Assembly: GCA_964016885.1 (NCBI GenBank)
Contig: OZ024745.1
Span: forward strand, 86,490,001-86,554,000
Source of the DNA: Eledone cirrhosa
Lineage: Eukaryota
DNA: 64,000 bases
Direction of reading: 5' to 3'
The position numbers were made by a program, and so were the translations under genes. This document shows, in pieces, positions 17,702 to 32,094 of the stretch; positions within the stretch are counted from its first letter, which is position 1, and each line of letters starts with the position of its first letter. The notes under the pieces are model-generated. The model saw only the letters and a program-made list of their open reading frames with translations. It had not been told where the DNA came from and searched no databases.

Positions 17702-18340
17702 ATCTATCTAAGGCGGGTAAAATTCCCGAGATCCATGGACGAGTTCTCTCCAGCGGTCTCTGTCCCTCATTATCGCTGCCATATCCTGCATCTCCAACAG
17801 ACCAGTGTCTGTCCTTAGGGCATCAACATATGTTAACCTTGGTCTTCCTCTTCTAGTGTGTCCATGTAGGGGCTCCCAAAGGAGCACTGAGTGCAATGTC
17901 AACTCTGGATGTCGGTGAGCATGTCCAGCCAACCCCAGTCTCCTTTGTGTCACTTTTGAGCTGACTTTTGGGATGCTCCCATACAGCTCTGAGTTTTTCA
18001 TCCTCAGTGTATACTGATTAATGTTCAGAGCCATCCTCAGCATTCTCGTGTAGCACCCATCCACCATCTGAGCGAGTTTCTTGGTGAGGGGATCACTGAT
18101 GTAGGCGGGAAGCCGCTGGAATTGGTTGAGGACTTCCTGTATTTGGGAGCAAAGATTGGGAATACGGAGGATGATGTGGTTGAGAGGAAGAGCAAGGCCT
18201 GGGCGGCGTGCCACAGCTTGAGATCGGTGTGGAAGTCGGACCTTCGTAGAGACCTGAAAATCCGCCTCTTCATTGCTGTAGTGGAGTCTGTGCTGCTGTA
18301 TGGGTCTGAGACTTGGACACTGACCAAGAAACTCACTCAG
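17702..18340 (-). mobile_element. 5'-truncated RTE-clade LINE fragment with inverted 5' part
   Basis: Minus 17708-18090 encodes ...RRLGLAGH...RRGRPRLTY...DRDRWR (ORF C-terminus). Plus 18095-18340 encodes DFLYLG...[15 protein letters not shown]. Confidence 0.85.
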
Positions 18341-18341
18341 A

Positions 18342-18424
<83 letters not shown>

Positions 18425-18837
18425 GCATACTACTGTACGTCTGTACACATATATGTATGTACGTATACATATTATATTTAAATAACAGCCGTACTGAGAG
18501 TGAGAAATCAAATTTCGTTTCATTTTTTCCGTTTATCGTTTTCGGTACCCCGGCCGATTAACTCATTCGATATGCAAATTAGGCTGCTCAGCCGTTAATA
18601 TGCACAAGGAAAGTATATACTTTCAGACGTTCAACCATCTGGCAGGAAGGTATACGTTGCTGACGATAGCTAATTAGTTTGAAACTAGTACAGCGTTCCT
18701 TTGTCAGTGTTGAACAAATAAGCAACGATGGTTGCTAGACACTGTACGGCTTAAATCGGGATGTTTGTTTACAAACACACCGAGTATTATAATAAATGTT
18801 CGGTGAATCCATACGTACATATATATATGTGTGCATG

Positions 18838-18907
<70 letters not shown>

Positions 18908-18930
18908 GTATAAAAATCAATACAATATAA

Positions 18931-19006
18931 TTACCTCATTACCAGAGGTTTCCCGAATGAGGCGAATACGAAAGAAGCGTCTTCATTCGTTCGTCAGACG
19001 AGGCAA
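18931..19006 (-). ncRNA. Type I hammerhead ribozyme (PLE pLTR)
   Basis: Reverse complement reads ttgcctcgt CTGACGA acgaatga...tcattcgg GAAA cctctgg TA atgaggtaa. Confidence 0.8.
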
Positions 19007-20015
19007 TATAAAACATGGGTAAATACTTGGAAAGTCTCGTCAAGAAAATAAAAAAAAAGATATAGACAAATGAATTAGAATATGAAATATATAATAATCT
19101 TTCAAGAAATATAGTTAGGTGTGTGTATATGTATGTATATACGCTCACAGATGTGCATATATGTGTATGCACATATGTATCCATATTGATACAGGGTGTA
19201 AAAAACTTGTGGATAAGTAAGTACAAATATAAAGTTGTAAGATTGGCTGCGCAAAAATAAAAAACAAAAATAAAAATGAAAAATATATCTGGATTGGAAA
19301 TCACAAATGACAAGTGTAATCAGTTAGTGAAGGAAAAAGGGAAGTAAAAAAAGGGGAAGTAAAAAATGGAAAGTGAATCGGAGAATAAAGGGGGGGGGGG
19401 GTTATTGGTGGATGTGAAGTAAAAAAAAAAAAAAAAAAATAATAATAAAAATAAAAATAAATGAAATTAATGACAAGGGTAAAAATGAAAGTAAGTCAGA
19501 AAGGGTAATTAAAAAGAGAATAATAAGAGTTTATGGAGGATAAGTATCTGAAAGTGTGTTAAATTTATATGAGCTGGAAAGCAGGTGTGATTTCATGTGT
19601 GGGCAACTGGTGAAAATTTCCGTCTTTGTGTTCAGGCAGGTCTTTGGTGATTTTAGATTTTGCAATATCCAATATTTTTCATTTATGCAGAGCGTGCATT
19701 TTCTTGTTCCTCTAGCATATTCTTTAGATTGGTTCAAAATTGACCAATCTAATTTATATTGGATGCCTTGGTCTTTCAAATCCCATCACTAACTGATTAT
19801 ACTTGTCATTTGTGTTTTCCAATTCAGATATATTTTTCATTTTTATTTTTATTTTTTTATTTTTTTATTTTTGCGCAGCCAATCTTACAATTTTATATTT
19901 GTACTTACTTATCCACAATTTTTTACACCCTGTATCAATATGGCTGAACGCCTTAATGTGTGTATACTTTCTATATATGTACATGAACGACTACGTATGT
20001 GCGCGCGCGTGCGTG

Positions 20016-20048
<33 letters not shown>

Positions 20049-20805
20049 GTATATATATATATGTGTGTGTATGTATATGTGTATGCGTACGTGTATGTGT
20101 CTTTATATCCGTGTTTTGACATCTAGGTTTTATGTTTTGTTCCTTTTTTCTTCTCCTCCCCTTTTTTTACTTACTCATTTTTATGCGTGTGCATGCAAAC
20201 AGGTCAATATGCGTGAGTGTAAGTATGTGTGTGTGTGTGTGTGTGTGTGTGTACGTATCGAACGTATGGATGTGTAAGTGTGCGTGTGTATATAAGCATG
20301 TATATTTTTGCGTTTCTTTTGTGAGATATGCGTGTCTGTGTATGTATGTACCCTTTTTTGTCTTCTTTTCTTTAATTTTTTCTTTCTAAATTTTTTCTTT
20401 CTAAATTATTGTTCCATTTTTATAAATATATCGAGATTGATACTTTCCTTTAAATATTACACTCCCTTACCTCTTTTACTTCCGCATCTAAGTGTACGTG
20501 TGTGTAGGTGTGTTTATGCACGCGCCTTCATATTCATATTCTTATGATGTATCTATTCTGTCTGTAGATTACAGACATACAGATACATTTGCCCTAAATT
20601 TTATATTTACGCACACTTTTTCACTATACGTATACATATGTGCATACACATATATGCACATCTGTGAGCGTATATACATACATATACACACACCTAACTA
20701 TATTTCTTGAAAGATAATTATATATTTCATATTCTATTTCATTTGTCTATATCTTTTTTTTGATTTTCTTGACGAGACTTTCCAAGTATTTATCCATGTT
20801 TTATA

Positions 20806-20881
20806 TTGCCTCGTCTGACGAACGAATGAAGACGCTTCTTTCGTATTCGCCTCATTCGGGAAACCTCTGGTAATGAGGTAA
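20806..20881 (+). ncRNA. Type I hammerhead ribozyme (PLE pLTR)
   Basis: Stem I ttgcctcgt/atgaggtaa, CTGACGA at 20815, stem II cgaatga/tcattcg, GAAA at 20860, stem III ACC-TCT-GGT, GUA cleavage triplet. Confidence 0.82.
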
Positions 20882-20982
20882 TTATATTGTATTGATTTTT
20901 ATACATTAAATTTTGCTCTGATACTTACATAGAGCACTCTTCACTTCTATGACCTTTTCTGTTTTCAACGGAAATTTCAATA

Positions 20983-21036
<54 letters not shown>

Positions 21037-21913
21037 TTCTACTGTCCGTCTGTATACATATATGTATGTACGTATACATACTTATATTGAAGTAACAGCC
21101 GTACTAAGAGTGAAAAAATAAAATTTCGTTTCATTTTTTCCGTTTATTGTTTTCGGTACCCCGGCCGATTAACTCACTCGATATGCAAATTAGGCTGCTC
21201 AGCCGTTAATATGCATAAGGAAAGTATATACTTTCAGCCGTTCAACCATCTGGCAGGAAGGTATACGTTGCTGACGATAGCTAATAAGCTTGAAACTAAT
21301 ACAGCGTTCCTTTGTCAGTGTTGAACAAATAAGCAGCGATGGTTGCTAGACACTATACGGCTTAATTCGGGTTGTTTGTTTACAAACACACCGAGCATTA
21401 TAATAAATATTCGGTGAATCCATACGTACATATATATATGTGTGTGCATGTATGTATATGTATATATATATATATATATATATGCATACTACAGTACGTC
21501 TGTATACATATATGTATGTATGTATACATACTTATATTTAAGTAACAGCCGTACTAAGAGCGAGAAATGAAATTTCATTTCATTTTTCCTTTTATCGATT
21601 TCGGTACCCCGGCCGATTAACTCACTCGATATACCCAATAAGGCTGCTCAGCCCTTAATATGCATAAAGAAAGTACATACATTCAGACGTTCAACCATCT
21701 GGCATAAAGGTATACGTTGCTGACGATAGCTAACAAGCTTGAAACTAGTACAGCGTTCCTTTGTCAGTGTTGAACAAATGAGCAACGATGGTTGCTAGAC
21801 ACTGTACGGCTTAATTTGGCATGTTTGTTTACAAACACACCGAGCATTATAATAAATGTTCAGTGAATCCATACGTACATATATATATATATATATATGT
21901 GTGCATTTATGTA

Positions 21914-22020
<107 letters not shown>

Positions 22021-22021
22021 G

Positions 22022-22081
<60 letters not shown>

Positions 22082-22507
22082 TATGCATACTACTGTACGT
22101 CTGTATACATATAAGTATGTACGTGTACATACTTATATTTAAGTAACAGCCGTACTAAGAGTGAGAAATGAAATTTCGTTTCATTTATTCCGTTTATCGC
22201 TTTCCATACACCGGGAGATTAACTCACTCGATATGCAAATTAGTTTGCTCAACCGTTAATATGCATAAGGAAAGTATATACTTTCAGACGTTCAACTATC
22301 TGGCAGGAAAGTATACGTTGCTGACGATAGTTAACTAGCTTGAAACAAGTACAGCGTTCCTTTGTCAAGTGTTGAACAAATGAGTAACGATGGTTGCTAG
22401 ACACTGGACGGCTTAATTCGGGATGTTTGTTTACAAACACACCGACTATTATAATAAATGTTCGGTGAATCCAGACGTACATAAATATATACGTGTGCAT
22501 GTATGTA

Positions 22508-22559
<52 letters not shown>

Positions 22560-22687
22560 TGCATACTACTGTACGTCTGTATACATACATGTATGTTCGT
22601 ATACATACTGATATTTAAGTAACAGCCGCACTAAATGTGAGAAATGAAATTTCGTTTCATTTTCTTCTTTTATCGTTTATGTAGATT

Positions 22688-22780
<93 letters not shown>

Positions 22781-23193
22781 GCATACTACTGTACGTCTGT
22801 ATACATATAAGTATGTATGTGTACATACTTCTATTTAAGTAACAGCCGTACTAAGAGTGAGAAATCAAATTTCGTTTCATTTTTCTGACTATCGTTTTCG
22901 GTACCCCGGCTGATTAACTCACTCGATATGCAAATTAGGGTGCTCAGCCGTTAACATGAATAAGGAAAGTATATACTTTCAGACGTTCAACCATCTGGCA
23001 GGAAGGTATACGTTGCTGACGATAGCTAATTAGTTTGAAACTAGTACAGCGTTCCTTTGTCAGTGTTGAACAAATAAGCAACGATGGTTGCTAGACACTG
23101 TACGGCTTAAATCGGGATGTTTGTTTACAAACACACCGAGTATTATAATAAATGTTCGGTGAATCCATACGTACATATATATATGTGTGCATG

Positions 23194-23244
<51 letters not shown>

Positions 23245-23247
<3 letters not shown>

Positions 23248-24362
23248 GTATAAAAATCAATACAATATAATTACCTCATTACCAGAGGTTTCCCGAATGA
23301 GGCGAATACGAAAGAAGCGTCTTCATTCGTTCGTCAGACGAGGCAATATAAAACATGGGTAAATACTTGGAAAGTCTCGTCAAGAAAATAAAAAAAAAGA
23401 TATAGACAAATGAATTAGAATATGAAATATATAATAATCTTTCAAGAAATATAGTTAGGTGTGTGTATATGTATGTATATACGCTCACAGATGTGCATAT
23501 ATGTGTATGCACATATGTATCCATATTGATACAGGGTGTAAAAAACTTGTGGATAAGTAAGTACAAATATAAAGTTGTAAGATTGGCTGCGCAAAAATAA
23601 AAAACAAAAATAAAAATGAAAAATATATCTGGATTGGAAATCACAAATGACAAGTATAATCAGTTAGTGAAGGAAAAAGGGAAGTAAAAAAAGGGGAAGT
23701 AAAAAATGGAAAGTGAATCGGAGAATAAAGGGGGGGGGGGGGGGTTATTGGTGGATGTGAAGTAAAAAAAAAAAAAAAAAAAAAATAATAATAAAAATAA
23801 AAATAAATGAAATTAATGACAAGGGTAAAAATGAAAGTAAGTCAGAAAGGGTAATTAAAAAGAGAATAATAAGAGTTTATGGAGGATAAGTATCTGAAAG
23901 TGTGTTAAATTTATATGAGCTGGAAAGCAGGTGTGATTTCATGTGTGGGCAACTGGTGAAAATTTCCGTCTTTGTGTTCAGGCAGGTCTTTGGTGATTTT
24001 AGATTTTGCAATATCCAATATTTTTCATTTATGCAGAGCGTGCATTTTCTTGTTCCTCTAGCATATTCTTTAGATTGGTTCAAAATTGACCAATCTAATT
24101 TATATTGGATGCCTTGGTCTTTCAAATCCCATCACTAACTGATTATACTTGTCATTTGTGTTTTCCAATTCAGATATATTTTTCATTTTTATTTTTATTT
24201 TTTTATTTTTTTATTTTTGCGCAGCCAATCTTACAATTTTATATTTGTACTTACTTATCCACAATTTTTTTACACCCTGTATCAATATGGCTGAACGCCT
24301 TAATGTGTGTATACTTTCTATATATGTACATGAACGACTACGTATGTGCGCGCGCGTGCGTG

Positions 24363-24395
<33 letters not shown>

Positions 24396-25329
24396 GTATA
24401 TATATATATGTGTGTGTATGTATATGTGTATGCGTACGTGTATGTGTCTTTATATCCGTGTTTTGACATCTAGGTTTTATGTTTTGTTCCTTTTTTCTTC
24501 TCCTCCCCTTTTTTTACTTACTCATTTTTATGCGTGTGCATGCAAACAGGTCAATATGCGTGAGTGTAAGTATGTGTGTGTGTGTGTGTGTGTGTGTGTA
24601 CGTATCGAACGTATGGATGTGTAAGTGTGCGTGTGTATATAAGCATGTATATTTTTGCGTTTCTTTTGTGAGATATGCGTGTCTGTGTATGTATGTACCC
24701 TTTTTTGTCTTCTTTTCTTTAATTTTTTCTTTCTAAATTTTTTCTTTCTAAATTATTGTTCCATTTTTATAAATATATCGAGATTGATACTTTCCTTTAA
24801 ATATTACACTCCCTTACCTCTTTTACTTCCGCATCTAAGTGTACGTGTGTGTAGGTGTGTTTATGCACGCGCCTTCATATTCATATTCTTATGATGTATC
24901 TATTCTGTCTGTAGATTACAGACATACAGATACATTTGCCCTAAATTTTATATTTACGCACACTTTTTCACTATACGTATACATATGTGCATACACATAT
25001 ATGCACATCTGTGAGCGTATATACATACATATACACACACCTAACTATATTTCTTGAAAGATAATTATATATTTCATATTCTATTTCATTTGTCTATATC
25101 TTTTTTTTGATTTTCTTGACGAGACTTTCCAAGTATTTATCGATGTTTTATATTGCCTCGTCTGACGAACGAATGAAGACGCTTCTTTCGTATTCGCCTC
25201 ATTCGGGAAAACTCTGGTAATGAGGTAATTATATTGTATTGATTTTTATACATTAAATTTTGCTCTGATGCTTACATAGAGCACTCTTCACTTCTATGAC
25301 CTTTTCTGTTTTCAACGGAAATTTCAATA

Positions 25330-25332
<3 letters not shown>
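23245..25332 (-). mobile_element. Duplicate of the 18905-20985 Penelope-like element, with hammerheads at 23271-23346 (-) and 25153-25228 (+)
   Basis: Near-identical sequence at an offset of ~4.34 kb. Identical 82-aa GIY-YIG fragment at 23877-24125. Confidence 0.88.
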
Positions 25333-25389
<57 letters not shown>

Positions 25390-26234
25390 TTCTACTGTCC
25401 GTCTGTATACATATTGAAGTAACAGCCGTACTAAGAGTGAAAAAATAAAATTTCGTTTCATTTTTTCCGTTTATTGTTTTCGGTACCCCGGCCGATTAAC
25501 TCACTCGATATGCAAATTAGGCTGCTCAGCCGTTAATATGCATAAGGAAAGTATATACTTTCAGCCGTTCAACCATCTGGCAGGAAGGTATACGTTGCTG
25601 ACGATAGCTAATAAGCTTGAAACTAATACAGCGTTCCTTTGTCAGTGTTGAACAAATAAGCAGCGATGGTTGCTAGACACTATACGGCTTAATTCGGGTT
25701 GTTTGTTTACAAACACACCGAGCATTATAATAAATATTCGGTGAATCCATACGTACATATATATATGTGTGTGCATGTATGTATATGTATATATATATAT
25801 ATATATATATGCATACTACAGTACGTCTGTATACATATATGTATGTATGTATACATACTTATATTTAAGTAACAGCCGTACTAAGAGCGAGAAATGAAAT
25901 TTCATTTCATTTTTCCTTTTATCGATTTCGGTACCCCGGCCGATTAACTCACTCGATATACCCAATAAGGCTGCTCAGCCCTTAATATGCATAAAGAAAG
26001 TACATACATTCAGACGTTCAACCATCTGGCATAAAGGTATACGTTGCTGACGATAGCTAACAAGCTTGAAACTAGTACAGCGTTCCTTTGTCAGTGTTGA
26101 ACAAATGAGCAACGATGGTTGCTAGACACTGTACGGCTTAATTTGGCATGTTTGTTTACAAACACACCGAGCATTATAATAAATGTTCAGTGAATCCATA
26201 CGTACATATATATATATATGTGTGCATTTATGTA

Positions 26235-26325
<91 letters not shown>

Positions 26326-26326
26326 G

Positions 26327-26382
<56 letters not shown>

Positions 26383-26808
26383 TATGCATACTACTGTACG
26401 TCTGTATACATATAAGTATGTACGTGTACATACTTATATTTAAGTAACAGCCGTACTAAGAGTGAGAAATGAAATTTCGTTTCATTTATTCCGTTTATCG
26501 CTTTCCATACACCGGGAGATTAACTCACTCGATATGCAAATTAGTTTGCTCAACCGTTAATATGCATAAGGAAATTATATACTTTCAGACGTTCAACTAT
26601 CTGGCAGGAAAGTATACGTTGCTGACGATAGTTAACTAGCTTGAAACAAGTACAGCGTTCCTTTGTCAAGTGTTGAACAAATGAGTAACGATGGTTGCTA
26701 GACACTGGACGGCTTAATTCGGGATGTTTGTTTACAAACACACCGACTATTATAATAAATGTTCGGTGAATCCAGACGTACATAAATATATACGTGTGCA
26801 TGTATGTA

Positions 26809-26876
<68 letters not shown>

Positions 26877-27004
26877 TGCATACTACTGTACGTCTGTATA
26901 CATACATGTATGTTCGTATACATACTGATATTTAAGTAACAGCCGCACTAAATGTGAGAAATGAAATTTCGTTTCATTTTCTTCTTTTATCGTTTATGTA
27001 GATT

Positions 27005-27089
<85 letters not shown>

Positions 27090-27303
27090 GCATACTACTG
27101 TACGTCTGTATACATATAAGTATGTATGTGTACATACTTCTATTTAAGTAACAGCCGTACTAAGAGTGAGAAATCAAATTTCGTTTCATTTTTCTGACTA
27201 TCGTTTTCGGTACCCCGGCTGATTAACTCACTCGATATGCAAATTAGGGTGCTCAGCCGTTAACATGAATAAGGAAAGTATATACTTTCAGACGTTCAAC
27301 CAT

Positions 27304-27372
27304 CTGGCAGGAAGGTATACGTTGCTGACGATAGCTAATAAGCTTGAAACTAGTACAGCGTTCCTTTGTCAG
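27304..27372 (+). ncRNA. Representative intact satellite hammerhead; intact cores also start at 5113, 7198, 8180, 15337, 18660, 21720, 23016, 26047, 27818 and 28315
   Basis: ctggca-gg-aagg-tat-acgttg CTGACGA t-agct-aata-agct-t GAAA CTAG TA cagcgt-t-cctt-tgtcag. All core nucleotides are present, with an extended stem I and a palindromic loop III. Confidence 0.85.
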
Positions 27373-27514
27373 TTTTGAACAAATGAGCAACGATGGTTGC
27401 TAGACACTGTACGGCTTAATTCGTGATGTTTGTTTACAAACACACCGAGCATTATAATAAATGTTCGGTGAATCCATACGTACATATATATATATATATG
27501 TGTGCATGTATGTA

Positions 27515-27578
<64 letters not shown>

Positions 27579-27993
27579 TATGCATACTACTGTACGTCTG
27601 TATACATATACGTATGTACGTATACATACTTATATTTAAATAACAGCCGTACTAAGAGTGAGAAATGAAATTTCGTTTCATTTATTCCGTTTATCGTTTT
27701 CGAAACCCCGGCCGATTAACTCACTTGATATGCAAATTAGTCTGCTCAGCCGTTAGTATGTATAAGGAAAGTATATACTTTCAGACGTTCAACCATCTGG
27801 CAGGAATGTATACGTTGCTGACGATAGCTAATAAGCTTGAAACTAGTACATCATTCCTTTGACAGTTTTGAACAAATGAGCAACGATGGTTGCTAGACAC
27901 TGGACGGCTTAATTCGGGATGTTTGTTTACAAACACACTGAGCATTATAATAAATGTTCGGTGAATCCATACGTACATATATATGTGTGCATG

Positions 27994-28081
<88 letters not shown>

Positions 28082-28493
28082 TACTACTGTACGCCTGTAT
28101 ACATATATGTATCTATGTATACATACTTATATTTAAGTAACAGCAGCACTAAGAGTGAGAAATCAAATTTCGTTTCACTTTTCCTCTTGTCGTTTTCGGT
28201 ATCCCGGCCGATTAACTCACTCGATATGCCCAATAAGGCTACCCAGGCCTTAATATGCATAAAGAAAGTACATACTTTCAGACGTTCAACCATCTGGCAG
28301 GAAGGTATACGTTGCTGACGATAGCTAATAAGCTTGAAACTAGTACAGCGTTCCTTTGTCAGTGTTGAACAAATGAGCAACGATAGTTGCTAGACACTGT
28401 ATGACTTAATTCGGGATGTTTGTTTACAAACACACCGAGCATTATAATAAATGTTCGGTGAATCTATACGTACATATATATATATATATGTGC

Positions 28494-28558
<65 letters not shown>

Positions 28559-29639
28559 TACTACTGTACGTCTGTATACATATATGTATGCACGTATACA
28601 TACTTATATTTAAGTAACAGCCGTACTAAGAGTGAGAAATGAAATTTCGTTTCATTTTTTCCGTTTATCGTTTTCGATACCCGGCCGATTAACTCACTCG
28701 ATATGCAAATTAGGCTGCTCAGCCGTTAATATGCTTAAGGAAAGTATAAGCTTGAAACTCGTACAGCGTTCCTTTGTCAGTGTTGAACAGATGAGCAACG
28801 ATGGTTGCTAGACACTGTACGGCTTAATTCGGGATGTTTCTTTACAAACACACCGAGCATTATAATAAATGTTCGGTGAATCCACACGTACATATATATA
28901 TATATGTGTTGAAGTATGTATATATGTATATACATATATATATGCATACTACTGTACGTCTGTATACATATTTGTTTGTACGTATACATACTTATATTTA
29001 AGTAACAACCATACTAAGAGAGAGAAACGAAATTTCGTTTAATTTTTTCCGTTTATATTATTTACTTTATACGTATGTTTATACGTAAGAATGTGTGTGT
29101 GGTTAGTTCTATGTACGCTTCGTGCTGTCTCATCACAAACTAATAAAACACATTAGCTATTAACATAAATCTAAAGTCATTATCATATCTCTACGGCTAC
29201 TACTTAATTCTTTAGGAACAGTTATTGGAACGTGATTTGAAAGGCCCTGAGCTCATACATTATCAATTCACCTAATGCCATTTTGGATTTGAATGAATAC
29301 ATTATGAAAATCAAATCAAATATATCATGCCACAAAGCGGATAAGTAGTTAATCTTTTTCTACATACGGCGACAGTATATTGCATATTTTCTTCCCAAAT
29401 GCTCTGGCTTGTATTTCAATAGCCACTTGTGGAATATTGCGTTCTGTTTGAAATTTCACCCAAAACGTTCTGTTTAACAACTATTTTATTTAATCAGCAA
29501 TTTTGTCACTATTTCTGTTGAATAATAGTTATAATTCCTTGCCTTGCTTCAGGTCTTCAACCATTTATGGACAATAGAGTTGCCCTCGTGAGATATGGCT
29601 TGTTTTAGGATTTAAACCTCGTAGAACCTATCTCCTTTT

Positions 29640-30068
29640 AACCAATTTCTTCGCAACAAGAGAATGTGAAGAATCAACCACAATACTGGAGTAGTATTTC
29701 ATTTAATGACATCCAAAGGATGAAAGACAAAATTAACTTCCAAGAGGGTTGAATTCATAGCACGGACAGCCGAAACAAATACTGCAAGGCATCCTTTCCG
29801 ACACACGGACGACTTTATCAATTTGTCGCATTAATAACTCTTTATAACATTAGCACAAGGCCAGTAATTTGAAGAAGGGGAAAGTTAACCTCCATACTTA
29901 ACTAGTACTATATTTAATAGACCCTCGTACTGTATTTTATAGTAGACCCAGGAAGAATGAAAGATAAAGTTGCTATTGACTGGATTTGAACTCCGAACAC
30001 AGAAAGTCGTAACTAAATGCAATAAAGTATTTTGTCTGACACTCTACCGATTCTGCCAATTCACTTCT
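29640..30068 (-). mobile_element. Two degenerate tRNA-derived SINE remnants in tandem
   Basis: Reverse-complement similarity to the SINE at 35122-35326 (ggatgaaagacaaaattaac; gaatgaaagataaagttg...ggatttgaactc...taccgattctgcca). Confidence 0.6.
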
Positions 30069-30138
30069 CTCTCAGTGCGTCAATAATTACATTGGAAATA
30101 CATAAATATGTATATGAAAATTCAATCGTTTCACAATT

Positions 30139-30877
30139 CATCGTCATCATCGTCATCATTGTTATCTTCATCATCATCATCACCATCACCACCATCATCA
30201 CCACCACCACCATCATCATCATCACCATCATCACCGCCACCACCACCACCATCACCACCACCACCACCACCACCACCACCACCACCACCACCACCACCAC
30301 CACCACCACCACCACCACCATCATCATCATCAATATCCTCACCATCATCACCACCACCACCACCATCATTATCACCACCACCACCATCATCATCATCACC
30401 ATCATCACCGCCACCACCACCACCACCATCACCACCACCACCACCACCACTACCACCACCACCACCACCACCACCACCATCATCATCATCAATATCCTCA
30501 CCATCATCACCACCACCACCACCATCATTATCACCACCACCATCACCATCATCATCGCCATCATCATCTTCAACATCACCATTGTCCTCTTTATAATCAT
30601 CATCTTCCTGATCGTCCTCATCACAATCATTTTCATCATCATCATCATCATCATCATAATCAGGGCCATCATCATAATCATCAACATCGATATCCTCCTC
30701 CTCGCCATCATCATAATCATCATCAATACCACCGTCATCAATATCCTCACCATCACCACCGCCATCATCATCACCAATATCCCGTTCCCATCCTCATCAT
30801 CATCCTCACCATCATCACCACCACCACCACCACCACCATCATCATCACTACTAATGTCATCATCATAATCATCATTA
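30139..30877. repeat. (CAC/CAT)n trinucleotide repeat tract
   Basis: Read directly. It gives low-complexity ORFs in several frames. Confidence 0.95.
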
Positions 30878-31185
30878 TAGCGACAAGAATACTCCAAAAC
30901 AAATACGACAATGACCAAATATGAAAACAACATTATAAAACTTCACAGTACTAGGGAAATATTTTGATCCACGGTTAACAACATCTTCATTTCTTCAAAT
31001 GGTAAACTTTTTCTAATGTTTCGCTGATTCCATTTATACAACTTCATTCGAAAACTTTTAACCTAGGCCAGGTAAGTCTATTTCTGTTGAAATTTCAAAT
31101 CTATTGCTTTTCAAATAGATATTTCGATTTTTAAAATACTACTTCCATCATTCCATCAAATATAAATGTCTTTCGTTTGCTCTCG

Positions 31186-31572
<387 letters not shown>

Positions 31573-31574
31573 TT

Positions 31575-31860
31575 GAAAAAAAGTAAAACGAATGACTTCA
31601 TTTGTTCTATAACAATTTAATTTTATAATTTTACAGTTTTATAGTTTTATAATTTTGCCATGTAGATCTATCTAATAAGACCCTTGTTAACTTCGGTGGA
31701 AAGTTTTTCTTAAAAACCTTGGTTAACTTTCTGCAGAACTTTCCATCAAATTTAACAAAGAACTTATTAGATCTACATAGCAAAATTATAAAATTTTAAC
31801 AAAATTAAATGTCATAGAATACCAACTACAAGTCAAGTCATTCTATTCCTTTTTTTAAAT
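31575..31860. repeat. Imperfect ~285-bp palindrome (MITE/foldback-like)
   Basis: ttttataattttgccatgtagatcta...taataag...ttgttaa...ggtggaaagtt pairs with aactttccatc...ttaacaa...cttattagatctacatagcaaaattataaaa. Confidence 0.6.
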
Positions 31861-32048
31861 ATACTTAACTACCAAGGATCTCACATATATATATATGATG
31901 AAATGTGATAAATAATTAAGTGTTGCATATGATTGAACAATATATATTGTAGACGATTATAATAGACAAGGAAACATATGTTAAAGCAAATACATTCCTA
32001 ATCTCCTTTTTCACGCCAATGTTTATATTTTTCTTTGTATAATACTTG

Positions 32049-32093
<45 letters not shown>

Positions 32094-32094
<1 letters not shown>

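Larger units (their letters stand above)
18905..20985 (-). mobile_element. Truncated Penelope-like element (another family): GIY-YIG C-terminal fragment + inverted pLTRs
   Basis: ORF 19531-19779 (LDWSIL...KCTLCINEK...LNTKTEIFTSCPH). Inverted segments 18905-19185 / 20632-20907 and 19183-19330 / 19785-19940. Lies in (TA)n. Confidence 0.85.

Noticed and set aside
30032-30933. 278-290 aa Thr/Ile-, Val/Met- or Pro/Ser-rich ORFs
   Set aside because: They arise from a (CAC/CAT)n tract open in several frames on both strands, with no domain or exon evidence.
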